A stretch of DNA of 64,000 nucleotides from a virus (lineage: Duplodnaviria; Heunggongvirae; Uroviricota; Caudoviricetes), in IMG/VR virus record IMGVR_UViG_3300033144_006348; one strand, 5' to 3'. The notes below the pieces were generated by a model, which was not told the origin of the DNA, searched no databases, and was given only the letters and a program-made list of their open reading frames with translations. The position numbers were made by a program, and so were the translations under genes. Numbering within the stretch: the stretch's first letter is position 1; each line of letters starts with the position of its first letter. Of the stretch, positions 27,977-37,694 are shown piece by piece.

Positions 27977-28263
27977 AATTCGCTCCCTAAAGCTTCTAAC
28001 ATTCTACTCTTCAATTGAAAATTATTTTCGCTCAATAGATGTAGTCTCTCATCTAAATTTCTTTTCAATTCTGTAGACTGAATTAAAATAGCTTCTTGAC
28101 TTTCTTTTTTCTTCTCCAAATCTTCAACTATATCTTCTGCTACTCTCATTTCTTTTTTTATTGGAAAATGTTCATCGTTTTTACAGATAGCAAATATTCT
28201 GTTTACTATTTCAGGTAATAACTCTTTTTTTGGTTCCCTATGTTCTAAAAGTTCGATTTTCAA
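27973..28263 (-). CDS. Hypothetical head-block protein (96 aa)
   Basis: ORF with RBS AAGGGAGAACG. Confidence 0.35.
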   Translation of the reverse strand: MKIELLEHREPKKELLPEIVNRIFAICKNDEHFPIKKEMRVAEDIVEDLEKKKESQEAILIQSTELKRNLDERLHLLSENNFQLKSRMLEALGSEL

Positions 28264-28282
28264 GACGTTCTCCCTTCATATA

Positions 28283-28642
28283 TTAATATTTCTGTTTTTT
28301 TAGTTGGACTATCCTATTTTTTAGGTTGCTAAGATCTGTAGAGATATTTTGAATTTTACCCTTCAATTTTTCTTTACATGTTGGTTTTGCACATTTTCCA
28401 GACAACGATTTTATTTTAGAAAGTTCTGCCTGCTTAGCTATTGCTTTGGACTGTAGCATACAAATAGCTTTTTCTTTTTCAGGAAGATTTTTACAACGTC
28501 TGGCAGCTCGGGTGAAAAAATTTTGATATGTTTGATATGATAAATTTAGAAGACTGCCAGCACCTATTGCTACCCCTATCGCTAGAGGTTCAATTTCTTG
28601 TTGAACTTGTATTTCATTTAAATAATCTTCTAATATATTCAT
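28283..28642 (-). CDS. Lys/Cys-rich small protein (119 aa), paralogous in its C-terminal part to 28644..29192
   Basis: Shares a ..C..K.KAIC..KA.AK..C.KP.CK.KLKGK.. pattern with its neighbour. Confidence 0.35.
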   Translation of the reverse strand: MNILEDYLNEIQVQQEIEPLAIGVAIGAGSLLNLSYQTYQNFFTRAARRCKNLPEKEKAICMLQSKAIAKQAELSKIKSLSGKCAKPTCKEKLKGKIQNISTDLSNLKNRIVQLKKQKY

Positions 28643-28643
28643 T

Positions 28644-29192
28644 TTATGATTGCCCCAATTTAGCTTTTTCTTTTGCTATTCTTACCTGTAATTTACCTTT
28701 ACATTTAGCTGGATTTTTTGTTTTGCTACACGCTGCTAATCCTTTTTGCATAACCATTATTTTCGCTTTTTGAGCATCTATTTTAAATTTATTCATACAA
28801 GCTTTCTTTTCTGGACCTTTTCTGTTAGCACATGATTTAGATGCTGCTGAAAATTTCTTTCTATAAGCTATCATGCCGGCCGCTGCAGCAATGGCTGCAA
28901 TACCCAATATAGCCCATGGTTTAAAGCTATCTGGAATTAGTCCTTTACTTAAAAATAGTTCAACTTTTTGTGCGAAAGAATATCCACTTTCACCCATAAA
29001 TTCAAGAAGTTGATCTACTTCTTCTGTAGTAACATTTCTTTTAGCTTCTCCAGAAATCAATAAATGTATCACTTCGTTATCATTAGCTTCTGTAATAAAG
29101 TTTCCCAACCCTAATTTATTTTCTTTTGTTAAATTTTCGTGCTCCAAAACATAATACAAGGCTAGTACCTTTAAGTTTGTATTTCCGGTCAT
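28644..29192 (-). CDS. Membrane-anchored Lys/Cys-rich protein (182 aa)
   Basis: Central TM helix (WAILGIAAIAAAAGMIAY), then a basic Cys-containing tail. Confidence 0.35.
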   Translation of the reverse strand: MTGNTNLKVLALYYVLEHENLTKENKLGLGNFITEANDNEVIHLLISGEAKRNVTTEEVDQLLEFMGESGYSFAQKVELFLSKGLIPDSFKPWAILGIAAIAAAAGMIAYRKKFSAASKSCANRKGPEKKACMNKFKIDAQKAKIMVMQKGLAACSKTKNPAKCKGKLQVRIAKEKAKLGQS

Positions 29193-29204
29193 TTTTTTAT
29201 CTCC

Positions 29205-29870
29205 TTAAATCCACTTTTGAAAAAACTGAATAACTTTTGTTTCTACTAGCTTATCAAAATAATCTGGTACAAAACACCTATCTCCAACACAAACTATACC
29301 AGACTGAGACTCAAATAAAGTACTATATTCAAACTTCATTTCATTAAAGTCAACAACTGCAGATTTATGTGAAGGCATAGAGACAGCATCAAAGGCAATA
29401 ATTGTTAATGGAGATTTAACCACATTGTGATCTTGTAATCTTTCAAGCTCAGCTAGACCCCTCATGGAAAAACCAACGCCAGTTCTATCCTTCAGCAGTC
29501 CTAGTAAAATCCCTCCATTGGGTGTACTTGTAGTTTCCATTTCTCCAACAAGATGATTTCCTGTAAAATCGAACTCTCTTACAATATGTGATACCTTCTC
29601 TAAAGACACTGTAGTTTGTCTTATACCATCAATTTGTTCGTTTCCAGTTGGAAGAGGATGGTCTAATTCAGAATAAAAAGCTCTTCTCTTAATTCTTCCT
29701 TCACAATTACTCATTCCTTCTTTTAATACTCCTCTAGGATACATTCTATTATTTTGATTGACCTCATCAACTGATTGTATAGGACATCTGAATATAGCTT
29801 TAGATGGTGTTTCTTTAATCATTTTGGCTTCTGAAAAAACACTTTGTTCTATAATAAGTTTACTTGACAT
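29205..29870 (-). CDS. Head-morphogenesis protein (possible prohead protease or core protein), tentative
   Basis: Placed between the putative scaffold and the small head proteins. No confident motif. Confidence 0.25.
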   Translation of the reverse strand: MSSKLIIEQSVFSEAKMIKETPSKAIFRCPIQSVDEVNQNNRMYPRGVLKEGMSNCEGRIKRRAFYSELDHPLPTGNEQIDGIRQTTVSLEKVSHIVREFDFTGNHLVGEMETTSTPNGGILLGLLKDRTGVGFSMRGLAELERLQDHNVVKSPLTIIAFDAVSMPSHKSAVVDFNEMKFEYSTLFESQSGIVCVGDRCFVPDYFDKLVETKVIQFFQKWI

Positions 29871-29879
29871 AGTGACTCC

Positions 29880-30905
29880 TTAATCATCGTTCTTTGCATC
29901 ATTTTTATAGTAACTACGGAGAATCTCATAAGTTATATCCAAAAACTTATAAAAGGTAACTATGATTTCATTTATTTGTTCTTTATATTGGTCAAAGTTT
30001 ACTACTACAGTTTCAAATAAATCCATAGCTTCTGAAACCATTCCTCTCATTGTTAGTAAAGATACATCAGTTGTAGCTGATAGATGTGCTTCAAGAGAAG
30101 ACATTCTTGAATATATTTTCTTCATTTCATATACTTTTCCAATTTCACTTGAAGTAAGGGTTTGCTCTCGTTCTTGCCCCATTCCCATTCCCATCATTCC
30201 ACCCATTTCTCCACCAGCTCCCATTTCTCCACCAGCTCCTAAATCTTCACCCGCTCCCATATTCTCTTCGCCTGGTACTGGAGGAATAGTTTCAGTTGTC
30301 TTGGCTTTTTCTTTTGTGTCTTTCTCTACTTTCGCTGGAGGTTCTTGCTCAGTTAGTTCATCATGTTCCTTAATCTTCGCTCTATCTATCAGATTATATT
30401 TTGAGATTTTTCCATTTCGGACTACCATCTGAATGGCATTTCTAGAAGAAAGCCCTTTCACACCATAATATAAATATATAGCACTTGGTGTAAAATGTAG
30501 GGATAATGGTTCAACACCTGTTCCACTCTTTTCATCAGCTACCTTAGTCCAACTCTGAAAATTTTTAGCAATAATATCTTTTTGTTTAGTGGATGGTTTT
30601 CCTGTGAATTTTGGAATCTGGTATCCCTGGCCTTTCTTACCCCCAAAAATTTCTTGTATTTTCATGTCTTCTTCTGCTGTATTTAGTTCAGAATCATCTT
30701 GTTCCATTGCTTTATATGTTTGATATTCTTTTGGGTCTTCAATATATGGGAAATCTTTAAACTGATCTTGACTTCCTTCATAATCATCTCTATCACCAGC
30801 TAAATTTGGAGTAGTTCTTGAAGTAGCGTAAGGAGCCTCATTAATATCAACTTCAACATCTACAGCACCTTTTAATTGGTCCCAAACATCTTGCGATCTT
30901 GCCAT
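29880..30905 (-). CDS. Putative scaffolding protein (341 aa)
   Basis: Acidic protein with a Gly/Met-rich repeat (GAGEDLGAGGEMGAGGEMGGMMGMGMG), located next to the putative portal. Confidence 0.3.
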   Translation of the reverse strand: MARSQDVWDQLKGAVDVEVDINEAPYATSRTTPNLAGDRDDYEGSQDQFKDFPYIEDPKEYQTYKAMEQDDSELNTAEEDMKIQEIFGGKKGQGYQIPKFTGKPSTKQKDIIAKNFQSWTKVADEKSGTGVEPLSLHFTPSAIYLYYGVKGLSSRNAIQMVVRNGKISKYNLIDRAKIKEHDELTEQEPPAKVEKDTKEKAKTTETIPPVPGEENMGAGEDLGAGGEMGAGGEMGGMMGMGMGQEREQTLTSSEIGKVYEMKKIYSRMSSLEAHLSATTDVSLLTMRGMVSEAMDLFETVVVNFDQYKEQINEIIVTFYKFLDITYEILRSYYKNDAKNDD

Positions 30906-30919
30906 TTTTTTATCCTCAT

Positions 30920-32845
30920 TTAAATTCCTGGAGTTCCTCCAAAATTACCCATTCCTCCAAGACCTCCCATTTCATCTTCTTTCTTTTCTGGATCAATAAT
31001 TTCATCAATTTTAGTATCGACTTCATATTTCTCAACATCTCCCCAATCAATTTGAGGTAAGTATCTTTTCTTTGAATACTCTTTTGGAATTCCAATTCTT
31101 TCAAGGTTTTCAATTAGAGTGGTTATTTCTCCCATGTATCTAGATTCTCTTTCAAATTGGAGTGACCTAGGTGGAGGTAGCGAAATATCTACATTATCTA
31201 AAATAGTTAATGCTTCCTCAGGATTTATAATTTGAAAAACTTTTAGTATTAACTCTCTAAGTTGATGACTTAAATATTTTTGATGTCCAATTACAGTTCT
31301 AGCAAATAAAATATTTTCTTCACTTAATGCAGCTTTATTTGAAAGGTTCTCTTCAATACCGATAAAAGCTGGTGGAACTCCCAAACTAGCTACCATTTGA
31401 TCTCTCATAAATTTTAGTTCATCAACTTTACTTCTAATATCTACATTTCCTTCATTAAAGGTTGAAATATCTACAAATGGTTTCCCATCTTTTTGTGGAA
31501 TATATACATCCTCAAATGTTGTGATCATACTTGGAATTGTATCTACTGTTCCAAAACTATCGAGACTAACTTTTCTTTTTCTGAACTCTTCTTTCATTAA
31601 CTCAATAGCTTTTCTTGCGTCTCTTGGGAGACCGATTTCAATAGCAATTTTTCGTTTTTCTGTGGATCTTGAAAGTCTTTGAACTGCTAATGCTGTTTCT
31701 AATGAAATTAATACCTTAGCAGAATATTGAGTACTATCAAAAATTGATTCTCCATATGGATAATATTTTGTTGTCGGTAATATAAAATGGACCATTTTGT
31801 CAGGTGGAATATAGCGAATATTTACTGATTTGTTATAGTCAGAATTTGTTAGCATTGATAACACCAAATCTTTTATTTCTTTGTTATCTTTAAAATCTGC
31901 CATTTGTGGGAGTTTATTTGCTAAACTTTTTAGAATAGCGATACATATGTTATTAATGGCTTCATCTGCTAAAGTGGCACCAGGAACTGCAGTAATGGAA
32001 GGAAAAACTAAATAACCAAAGCAAATAGGGAACATTGCACTTTGTAGTTTAACAACAAACTCTGGAGTGTGAAATATCAACTGTAGATTTTTTAATAATT
32101 TTTTCTCTTTTGCCTTTTCTTTTTTGGTAGGTTTATCTAGATCGGCTTCTTGAAGAGCTGTATAATCCATGTTAATTTCATATTCTTCTTTATCAATAGT
32201 TTGAGTTATTGTTTCTCTAAATCCATTGATGTACTGATCTTTGATTACTTGCTGATATAGTGGAGCTTCATTTAATAGGGTCTGACTTGTTAGAGCTTCC
32301 TTCGGACCTCCGATTTCACAAAATAAATCTCCATACATTAGAGTGTTTCTAACAATAAGATCCAAACGCCTTTCCAAATCTATTAGTTTTATAACTTCTT
32401 TGACATATCTTGTTCTTGAAGCTGTGGGTACCTCATCCTCAAGAAAGGTTTGTGGTTTTACTTCCAATACCATTTTTGTAATATCATCAGGTGATAAAAT
32501 GTTATCGACTAATACATTTAAAGCTCTATAAGCATAATTTATTTGAGATACAATTGCTTGATATGCTTTATACCTCATAATTCGACTACCCTGACCAAAT
32601 GCTGTAGGAGTTACACCTTGAGCAAATAACCCACCACCTGCACCTGTTATTTTCACATCTGCTGTTTTTGAAATTAAACTACGAACTAGTTGGATATAAC
32701 CATTTCGGCCTGAGTTGTTTTTAAAAACTAAAATATCTTTAACAGCTTGATCTAATTTAGCATCAATTTTACTAGTTTGTGTCTTAACGATAGTGGATTT
32801 TAATTTCTGTAGTGTGTTCTGTACTGATGTTAGAGGACCTGCCAT
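30920..32845 (-). CDS. Putative portal protein (641 aa)
   Basis: Size and position upstream of the scaffold/capsid genes. Gly-rich C-terminal tail. No Walker motif, which argues against a terminase. Confidence 0.35.
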   Translation of the reverse strand: MAGPLTSVQNTLQKLKSTIVKTQTSKIDAKLDQAVKDILVFKNNSGRNGYIQLVRSLISKTADVKITGAGGGLFAQGVTPTAFGQGSRIMRYKAYQAIVSQINYAYRALNVLVDNILSPDDITKMVLEVKPQTFLEDEVPTASRTRYVKEVIKLIDLERRLDLIVRNTLMYGDLFCEIGGPKEALTSQTLLNEAPLYQQVIKDQYINGFRETITQTIDKEEYEINMDYTALQEADLDKPTKKEKAKEKKLLKNLQLIFHTPEFVVKLQSAMFPICFGYLVFPSITAVPGATLADEAINNICIAILKSLANKLPQMADFKDNKEIKDLVLSMLTNSDYNKSVNIRYIPPDKMVHFILPTTKYYPYGESIFDSTQYSAKVLISLETALAVQRLSRSTEKRKIAIEIGLPRDARKAIELMKEEFRKRKVSLDSFGTVDTIPSMITTFEDVYIPQKDGKPFVDISTFNEGNVDIRSKVDELKFMRDQMVASLGVPPAFIGIEENLSNKAALSEENILFARTVIGHQKYLSHQLRELILKVFQIINPEEALTILDNVDISLPPPRSLQFERESRYMGEITTLIENLERIGIPKEYSKKRYLPQIDWGDVEKYEVDTKIDEIIDPEKKEDEMGGLGGMGNFGGTPGI

Positions 32846-32848
32846 TAA

Positions 32849-33088
32849 TTATCTCCTTGCTTGGCTTCTGACTCTCGGTGAGTATTTTTTATGGATCATA
32901 TTTCTATATTTAAAATAGTTATCTCTAAAATAAATCATCCTTTTATACATAGGATCATTCTTTTTCCTTGCTGTTGTAGTCGATAGTTGCCCAGTAACCC
33001 TTTTGATTTTAGTTTGTCTAGAGATGGTGTACCGTGTCGTTTTCTTTGGCTTTTCTTGAAGAAATTGTAAGTATCCTTCTAATATCAT
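32849..33088 (-). CDS. Small basic protein (79 aa)
   Basis: ORF with a Lys/Arg-rich composition. Confidence 0.3.
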   Translation of the reverse strand: MILEGYLQFLQEKPKKTTRYTISRQTKIKRVTGQLSTTTARKKNDPMYKRMIYFRDNYFKYRNMIHKKYSPRVRSQARR

Positions 33089-33519
33089 TGTAGTCCCTCT
33101 GTATTTTCTTCCTCCATTAGATTACTCATCGAATTCTTTCTTATTTCATCATTCTCATATTTAGTATTAAAATATTCTACCATATTAAATACTAAGGTAT
33201 CATAATCACCGTAAAAAAATTCGAACTCTTTCAAAAGGGAGGGTCCCATAATTTTTTGTGCTAATCTTAGAAATACTTTAGAATATTCATTAAACTCTTT
33301 ATCTGGAAGAGTAGTAGCTTCTAATGAATATATTAATATCTTATCTTTATGAACAAGTTCATAAGCTCTTTCTAAATGGTAATCCAACACAGTTGAATAT
33401 GCAACAAAGTTCTTTACTATCCTCTCTCGCTTCAAATCATCATATGATCTTTTCAAGATGTATAGCACTCCACTTCCAAGTATAACCAAGCAAATAACTA
33501 ATAATATGCTATTTAACAT
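33085..33519 (-). CDS. Membrane-anchored hypothetical protein (144 aa)
   Basis: N-terminal TM helix. Confidence 0.35.
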   Translation of the reverse strand: MLNSILLVICLVILGSGVLYILKRSYDDLKRERIVKNFVAYSTVLDYHLERAYELVHKDKILIYSLEATTLPDKEFNEYSKVFLRLAQKIMGPSLLKEFEFFYGDYDTLVFNMVEYFNTKYENDEIRKNSMSNLMEEENTEGLQ

Positions 33520-33523
33520 TTTC

Positions 33524-33811
33524 TTATTTATCCGTAATAGAATCTTTTATTTTTTGGTCCCCTTTTAAAGGATCTTTAATTTCTTTTTCTATTTTAGGTT
33601 CTTCATCTTTTGCTTCTACCTCTTGAACTAAAATAGATTGTATTTGGCTTGGTCTTACAATGGCAGTAGAATATGTAGATTGAAGTAATGATATATTATT
33701 TATGATTAGAAGCTTAGATAAAGAATTACAATATTCATCAAAATCAACATCCGACTCATCATAAACTATAGTCTTACTGCCGTTACAATGGTCAAGACAA
33801 ATTTTTCTCAT
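33524..33811 (-). CDS. Hypothetical protein (95 aa)
   Basis: ORF. Confidence 0.3.
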   Translation of the reverse strand: MRKICLDHCNGSKTIVYDESDVDFDEYCNSLSKLLIINNISLLQSTYSTAIVRPSQIQSILVQEVEAKDEEPKIEKEIKDPLKGDQKIKDSITDK

Positions 33812-33828
33812 ATTTATTCTCCAATTCG

Positions 33829-34125
33829 TTATTTTGTTTCAAGAAGTTGGCTAAGGATTGATTTATTATCTTCATCTATATTTGTAACCAACTCTTCAAT
33901 AAGGATTTCTTCCTCTTCTTCTGTAATAGTATAGGAGTCGTCAATAACATCTTCTTCATTTCTAATATAACATTTTATATCAAGTCTTTTTGTTTGAGAT
34001 TTTAACAAGTCCAACTCTGCTTTAGTTATATTTTCAAACTCTACGGGAGATCTTACTTGTCTATTTCTCAAAAATATTATATGATTTGCATCGGGAATCT
34101 CTACTCTATACCTTTTCTCATTCAT
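33829..34125 (-). CDS. Hypothetical protein (98 aa)
   Basis: ORF. Confidence 0.3.
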   Translation of the reverse strand: MNEKRYRVEIPDANHIIFLRNRQVRSPVEFENITKAELDLLKSQTKRLDIKCYIRNEEDVIDDSYTITEEEEEILIEELVTNIDEDNKSILSQLLETK

Positions 34126-34187
34126 TTTACATCCTTTTGCATAATAGATTAAGAAGTTTTATAATCTTAATCTATTATGCCATTAAA

Positions 34188-35201
34188 TTAGACTTTAATA
34201 TTGTCTGTATCTATATCTTCGATTTCTTCCTCAATAGCTTCTTTGAAAATCTTGAAAGCTTCTTCGTAGACATCTTCTTCTGCATCTTCACCTGTTTTCT
34301 TTGGGGATGGACCACCAGGAACTGCGCTAGGTGCTGCTTGTTCTTTCATCTCTTTATCTACGTCAAGTTTTTCATCTTCATCTTCATCTTCGTCACCAGT
34401 TGGTGCTGGCGGTTCGTCTTCTTCATCTTGCTCTAGAATACTTACTTCTAGATCGTCAAGAGCTGCTTGAACTGAATCAGAAATTTTGTCGTCTTGAGGA
34501 ACATCAGCTGATTTTACAGCTTGATCCGCTCTATCTTTTCTAGGCGGAAGTTCTTTTGTTGCATTACCAGTACCTGCTTGTTGCGTACCAGCACCTTTAG
34601 CATCTTCCTCTGACGATGTTGCTTCTTTTTCCTCTTTTACAGGAGCTTCTTCTTCTATGGCATCTTTTACGTCACCACCGTGAAAATCCTCTGCTTCTTC
34701 TACATCTTCCATTTCTGCTATCAGTTTTTCGATAATAGCATTTTCTAATTCAAGACCTTCTTCCATTTCTTCTTTTTCATCTTCATCTTCATCTTTTGCC
34801 ATTTCTACATCTTCTTCATCTTGTTCAGAAAGATCTACATCTTCTTTGGCAATATCTTTCTCTTTGTCTTTCTTTGCCCCTTGGATGTTTTTGGCAGGAG
34901 AAGTTCCAGCTTGCTCTGTTCCTTCACCTTCTGCATCTTTCATTGCTTTACTATCACCAATTTGACCTTTGTCATTTTCATAACCCATTTCATCTAGGAT
35001 TCCAACTCCTTCATCTCTGTTTTCGTTGAAGTAGTATCTCTCTAAAATGCTAGCAGCATCTTTGTTGGTCGGCAGTTCGCCGTCACCTTGCCATGAGAGA
35101 ATGGGATCTAGCATTGGGCCTTTGACATCAACTGTATCACTCGTGTCAAATTCTGCAATAGCTTCTTTCAGTAAATTAATGTAAGTTACTTTTTTACTCA
35201 T
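34188..35201 (-). CDS. Extremely acidic protein (337 aa; long D/E tracts)
   Basis: Runs such as DEDEDEKEEMEEG and EEDEPPAPTGDEDEDEDEK. RBS GGAGGAATTAGAAAATG. Confidence 0.45.
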   Translation of the reverse strand: MSKKVTYINLLKEAIAEFDTSDTVDVKGPMLDPILSWQGDGELPTNKDAASILERYYFNENRDEGVGILDEMGYENDKGQIGDSKAMKDAEGEGTEQAGTSPAKNIQGAKKDKEKDIAKEDVDLSEQDEEDVEMAKDEDEDEKEEMEEGLELENAIIEKLIAEMEDVEEAEDFHGGDVKDAIEEEAPVKEEKEATSSEEDAKGAGTQQAGTGNATKELPPRKDRADQAVKSADVPQDDKISDSVQAALDDLEVSILEQDEEDEPPAPTGDEDEDEDEKLDVDKEMKEQAAPSAVPGGPSPKKTGEDAEEDVYEEAFKIFKEAIEEEIEDIDTDNIKV

Positions 35202-35311
35202 TTTCTAATTCCTCCATCTATTTTATTCCTAGAATATAGATAACTTTTTTGATTTGTTTTTTGTTCTATATTTTTCCCACCTTTACAGTCAGTTTGATTC
35301 TCAAAAAATTA

Positions 35312-36796
35312 CTATAGACCAGTAAAACCAGTAAAACATTCTATGAGTTGATCTGTTGATGCGTCTGGCTTTCTTTTATTTGCTAATGGTGATACTTCTT
35401 TAAATTTAAATTTTGAGAAATCAACAGTAAAATTAACAGATATGTTTGCTTTACCACTACGGTTTTTTCCTATTTTACAAAATACTATATCTTGATCTGT
35501 TTGACTCTTAGCTAGAAGAGCTACCAAATCAGCATGCTCTACTTTTTTGATTGATTCTGACATTTGATCAAGATTTAAACTTTGAGCATCAGGGATTTTA
35601 TACACGCCTCTTCCCAGTTGTGAAGCAGTTATTACCGGAATATTATATTGAACTGCAAGAGTTTTTAATGAAAGTGTTATATGACCAAGTTCTAATCTAT
35701 ACATATCATATTTTATATCAGTTTTTAATAGATCAAGATAATCAATGTATAGTCCAGCAATACGTTCTTCCCCATATTCATTGATTACATCATCAACAAC
35801 TGCCATAATATCAAGTGTACTTATACTCATTGCAGGGAAATACTTCATTATAATTGTAGAACCTTTTTTAGCAAGCTCATTATTTATTAGTTGCTTAATA
35901 TCAACACCTTTCATAATATCATCAATCATTTGTGGAATTGTTCTATCAAACATTGGTTGATATGTTCTCATTAGAGATTCTTCAATAGTATTTTCCATAG
36001 TGATATAAATATAAACTTTAGTTATCTCTCCAGGTTTTGGAATCTGATCTTCTAGAGTTGGGGATTTTGTAGCAGATTTGTAGATTGTATTATTTAAAAA
36101 AGTAGATTTACCAGCACCTGAGCCACCTCCAAAAACATATAGTCTTGAAGGTTCGTATCCTCCAGACATTACTTCTTGATCTAAATAAGCAAACCCCGTT
36201 GACGTAGTGTTTTTAGATTGATATTTACTTTTGATCATATCTATAACATGAGTGTAATCGTCTTTGACTAAATCAAGAGAAGCAGCAGCTTCAAGAGTAA
36301 TTGATCTATTACTCTCCATCACATTTGTATATAGTTTTTTAATGGTTACCTCATAGTCTTCAACCATATCATCTATTGAATCAAATGAACCATCCCTGAT
36401 AGAATCTAACACTCTACTAAGTTCATCATAGTTGTTGAACAAAGCATTAATCTTTTTTCTGAGTCTTATTTGTTTTATTATATCCTGAAAAATTTGTTCA
36501 TTAATATTTTCATTCATTTTGAGATCTAAAAAATCAACATGCTGCTTGAACTTTTCACTAAATAAAATACTATCTATAATATTTTCAATAGTTTTATCTT
36601 CAAGAGCCATTGAAGAAATCTTTTTAAGGCAATCTAATTTATTTTTTACAGTTATTGGAACATCAATTGTTTCTTTCTCTGAATAAAAATCTAAAATATC
36701 AAGTATGTCTCTATATAATGCCTTACTTCTCTTAATCATTGACTTTTTATTCAATAGTATTGAAAAACATGAATTTAAAAAAGATTCAGTTATCAA
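35312..36796 (-). CDS. DnaB-like replicative DNA helicase
   Basis: Walker A LYVFGGGSGAGKSTFLNN. Walker B/H2 LYIDYLDLLK resembles DnaB hhIDYLQLM. PVITASQLGR resembles DnaB PVIALSQLNR. Confidence 0.65.
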   Translation of the reverse strand: MITESFLNSCFSILLNKKSMIKRSKALYRDILDILDFYSEKETIDVPITVKNKLDCLKKISSMALEDKTIENIIDSILFSEKFKQHVDFLDLKMNENINEQIFQDIIKQIRLRKKINALFNNYDELSRVLDSIRDGSFDSIDDMVEDYEVTIKKLYTNVMESNRSITLEAAASLDLVKDDYTHVIDMIKSKYQSKNTTSTGFAYLDQEVMSGGYEPSRLYVFGGGSGAGKSTFLNNTIYKSATKSPTLEDQIPKPGEITKVYIYITMENTIEESLMRTYQPMFDRTIPQMIDDIMKGVDIKQLINNELAKKGSTIIMKYFPAMSISTLDIMAVVDDVINEYGEERIAGLYIDYLDLLKTDIKYDMYRLELGHITLSLKTLAVQYNIPVITASQLGRGVYKIPDAQSLNLDQMSESIKKVEHADLVALLAKSQTDQDIVFCKIGKNRSGKANISVNFTVDFSKFKFKEVSPLANKRKPDASTDQLIECFTGFTGL

Positions 36797-36811
36797 ATAG
36801 TTATCCTCCTT

Positions 36812-37222
36812 TCATTTTATTGTTTTTTCTAAATCCTCTATAATAGGATCTGAGGTTTTAGCTTCTGGTAGTATTTTTCTAGCAAAATATTTTCCTATTT
36901 TTTTAGCATACTCACGTAAATCTTCAGTTCTTGGATCAGGTGGATATTTATGTTTTAGAATAGAAGATGAGATAGATGTAGCAGAGACAGAATTACTAGA
37001 TTGACTAGTGGATGTAGAAGAACAGGTATAATCAGGTTCTGGTACTCCCATGATATTAGTAACCCAATCAGTTTTTCCTTCTCCATCACATTGATAACAA
37101 GGAACCTCATATTCTCCTTCCATCCAGTAGTCATTTGTAATAAAAGTTACTCCAGTTCCATCACATAAACTACATATTACTTCGCCTTCTTCAAGATTAA
37201 GTTCCTTCATTGTAATCTCCAC
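36812..37222 (-). CDS. DnaJ-type zinc-finger (CxxCxGxG) mini-protein with a Ser/Thr-rich tail
   Basis: CSLCDGTGV..CYQCDGEGKTDW: two CxxCxGxG repeats plus the conserved KTDW motif. Confidence 0.45.
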   Translation of the reverse strand: MEITMKELNLEEGEVICSLCDGTGVTFITNDYWMEGEYEVPCYQCDGEGKTDWVTNIMGVPEPDYTCSSTSTSQSSNSVSATSISSSILKHKYPPDPRTEDLREYAKKIGKYFARKILPEAKTSDPIIEDLEKTIK

Positions 37223-37475
37223 ATATGTTTTTTATAATGTCTCTATCAATATCTTCCTTTAACTTTTCAGCCATCACTTTAAAAATCTCAAATTCTCCAG
37301 TGAACCAACATATATCAGGACGTTCTCCCATAGCATTAGTAATCCAATCAGTTTTTCCTTCTCCATTACATTTTGAGCATGTAAATTGAGCATATTGGTA
37401 TCCCAAATATGGAGTACACCCTTCTCCCTCACACTTAGAACATATTACTTCGCCTTCTTCAAGTACAATATCCAA
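37197..37475 (-). CDS. DnaJ-type zinc-finger (CxxCxGxG) mini-protein
   Basis: CSKCEGEGC..CSKCNGEGKTDWITNAMGERPD, a paralog of 36812 and 39119. Confidence 0.45.
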   Translation of the reverse strand: MDIVLEEGEVICSKCEGEGCTPYLGYQYAQFTCSKCNGEGKTDWITNAMGERPDICWFTGEFEIFKVMAEKLKEDIDRDIIKNICGDYNEGT

Positions 37476-37694
37476 TTATTCTTCCCCCTTAATTAGTTTC
37501 CCATTTTCTTTTAAGACCTCATTAGCTATATTATACTGATCTTCCTCACTAAATTTACTAATATCAAGATATGAAATCAGATGATTTATAAAGTCGTCAC
37601 AAGATTCTTTGCACATTCCTCTAACTATGCATGTTTTACAAGGAGTGGGATGTTTAATTGAAGTATTAAATTCATCAAGTCTTTTATAGATCAT
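37476..37694 (-). CDS. Cys-rich zinc-ribbon mini-protein of the P-C-x2-C-I-V family (PCKTCIVRGMCKESC), encoded in the replication block
   Basis: Same core motif as the tRNA-array mini-proteins. Confidence 0.4.
   Translation of the reverse strand: MIYKRLDEFNTSIKHPTPCKTCIVRGMCKESCDDFINHLISYLDISKFSEEDQYNIANEVLKENGKLIKGEE

Noticed and set aside
30920-32845. Possibility that the 641-aa protein is the large terminase
   Set aside because: No Walker A/B ATPase motif or nuclease Asp triad could be found. Size and neighbourhood (scaffold, capsid) fit a portal better. The large terminase is probably outside this window.
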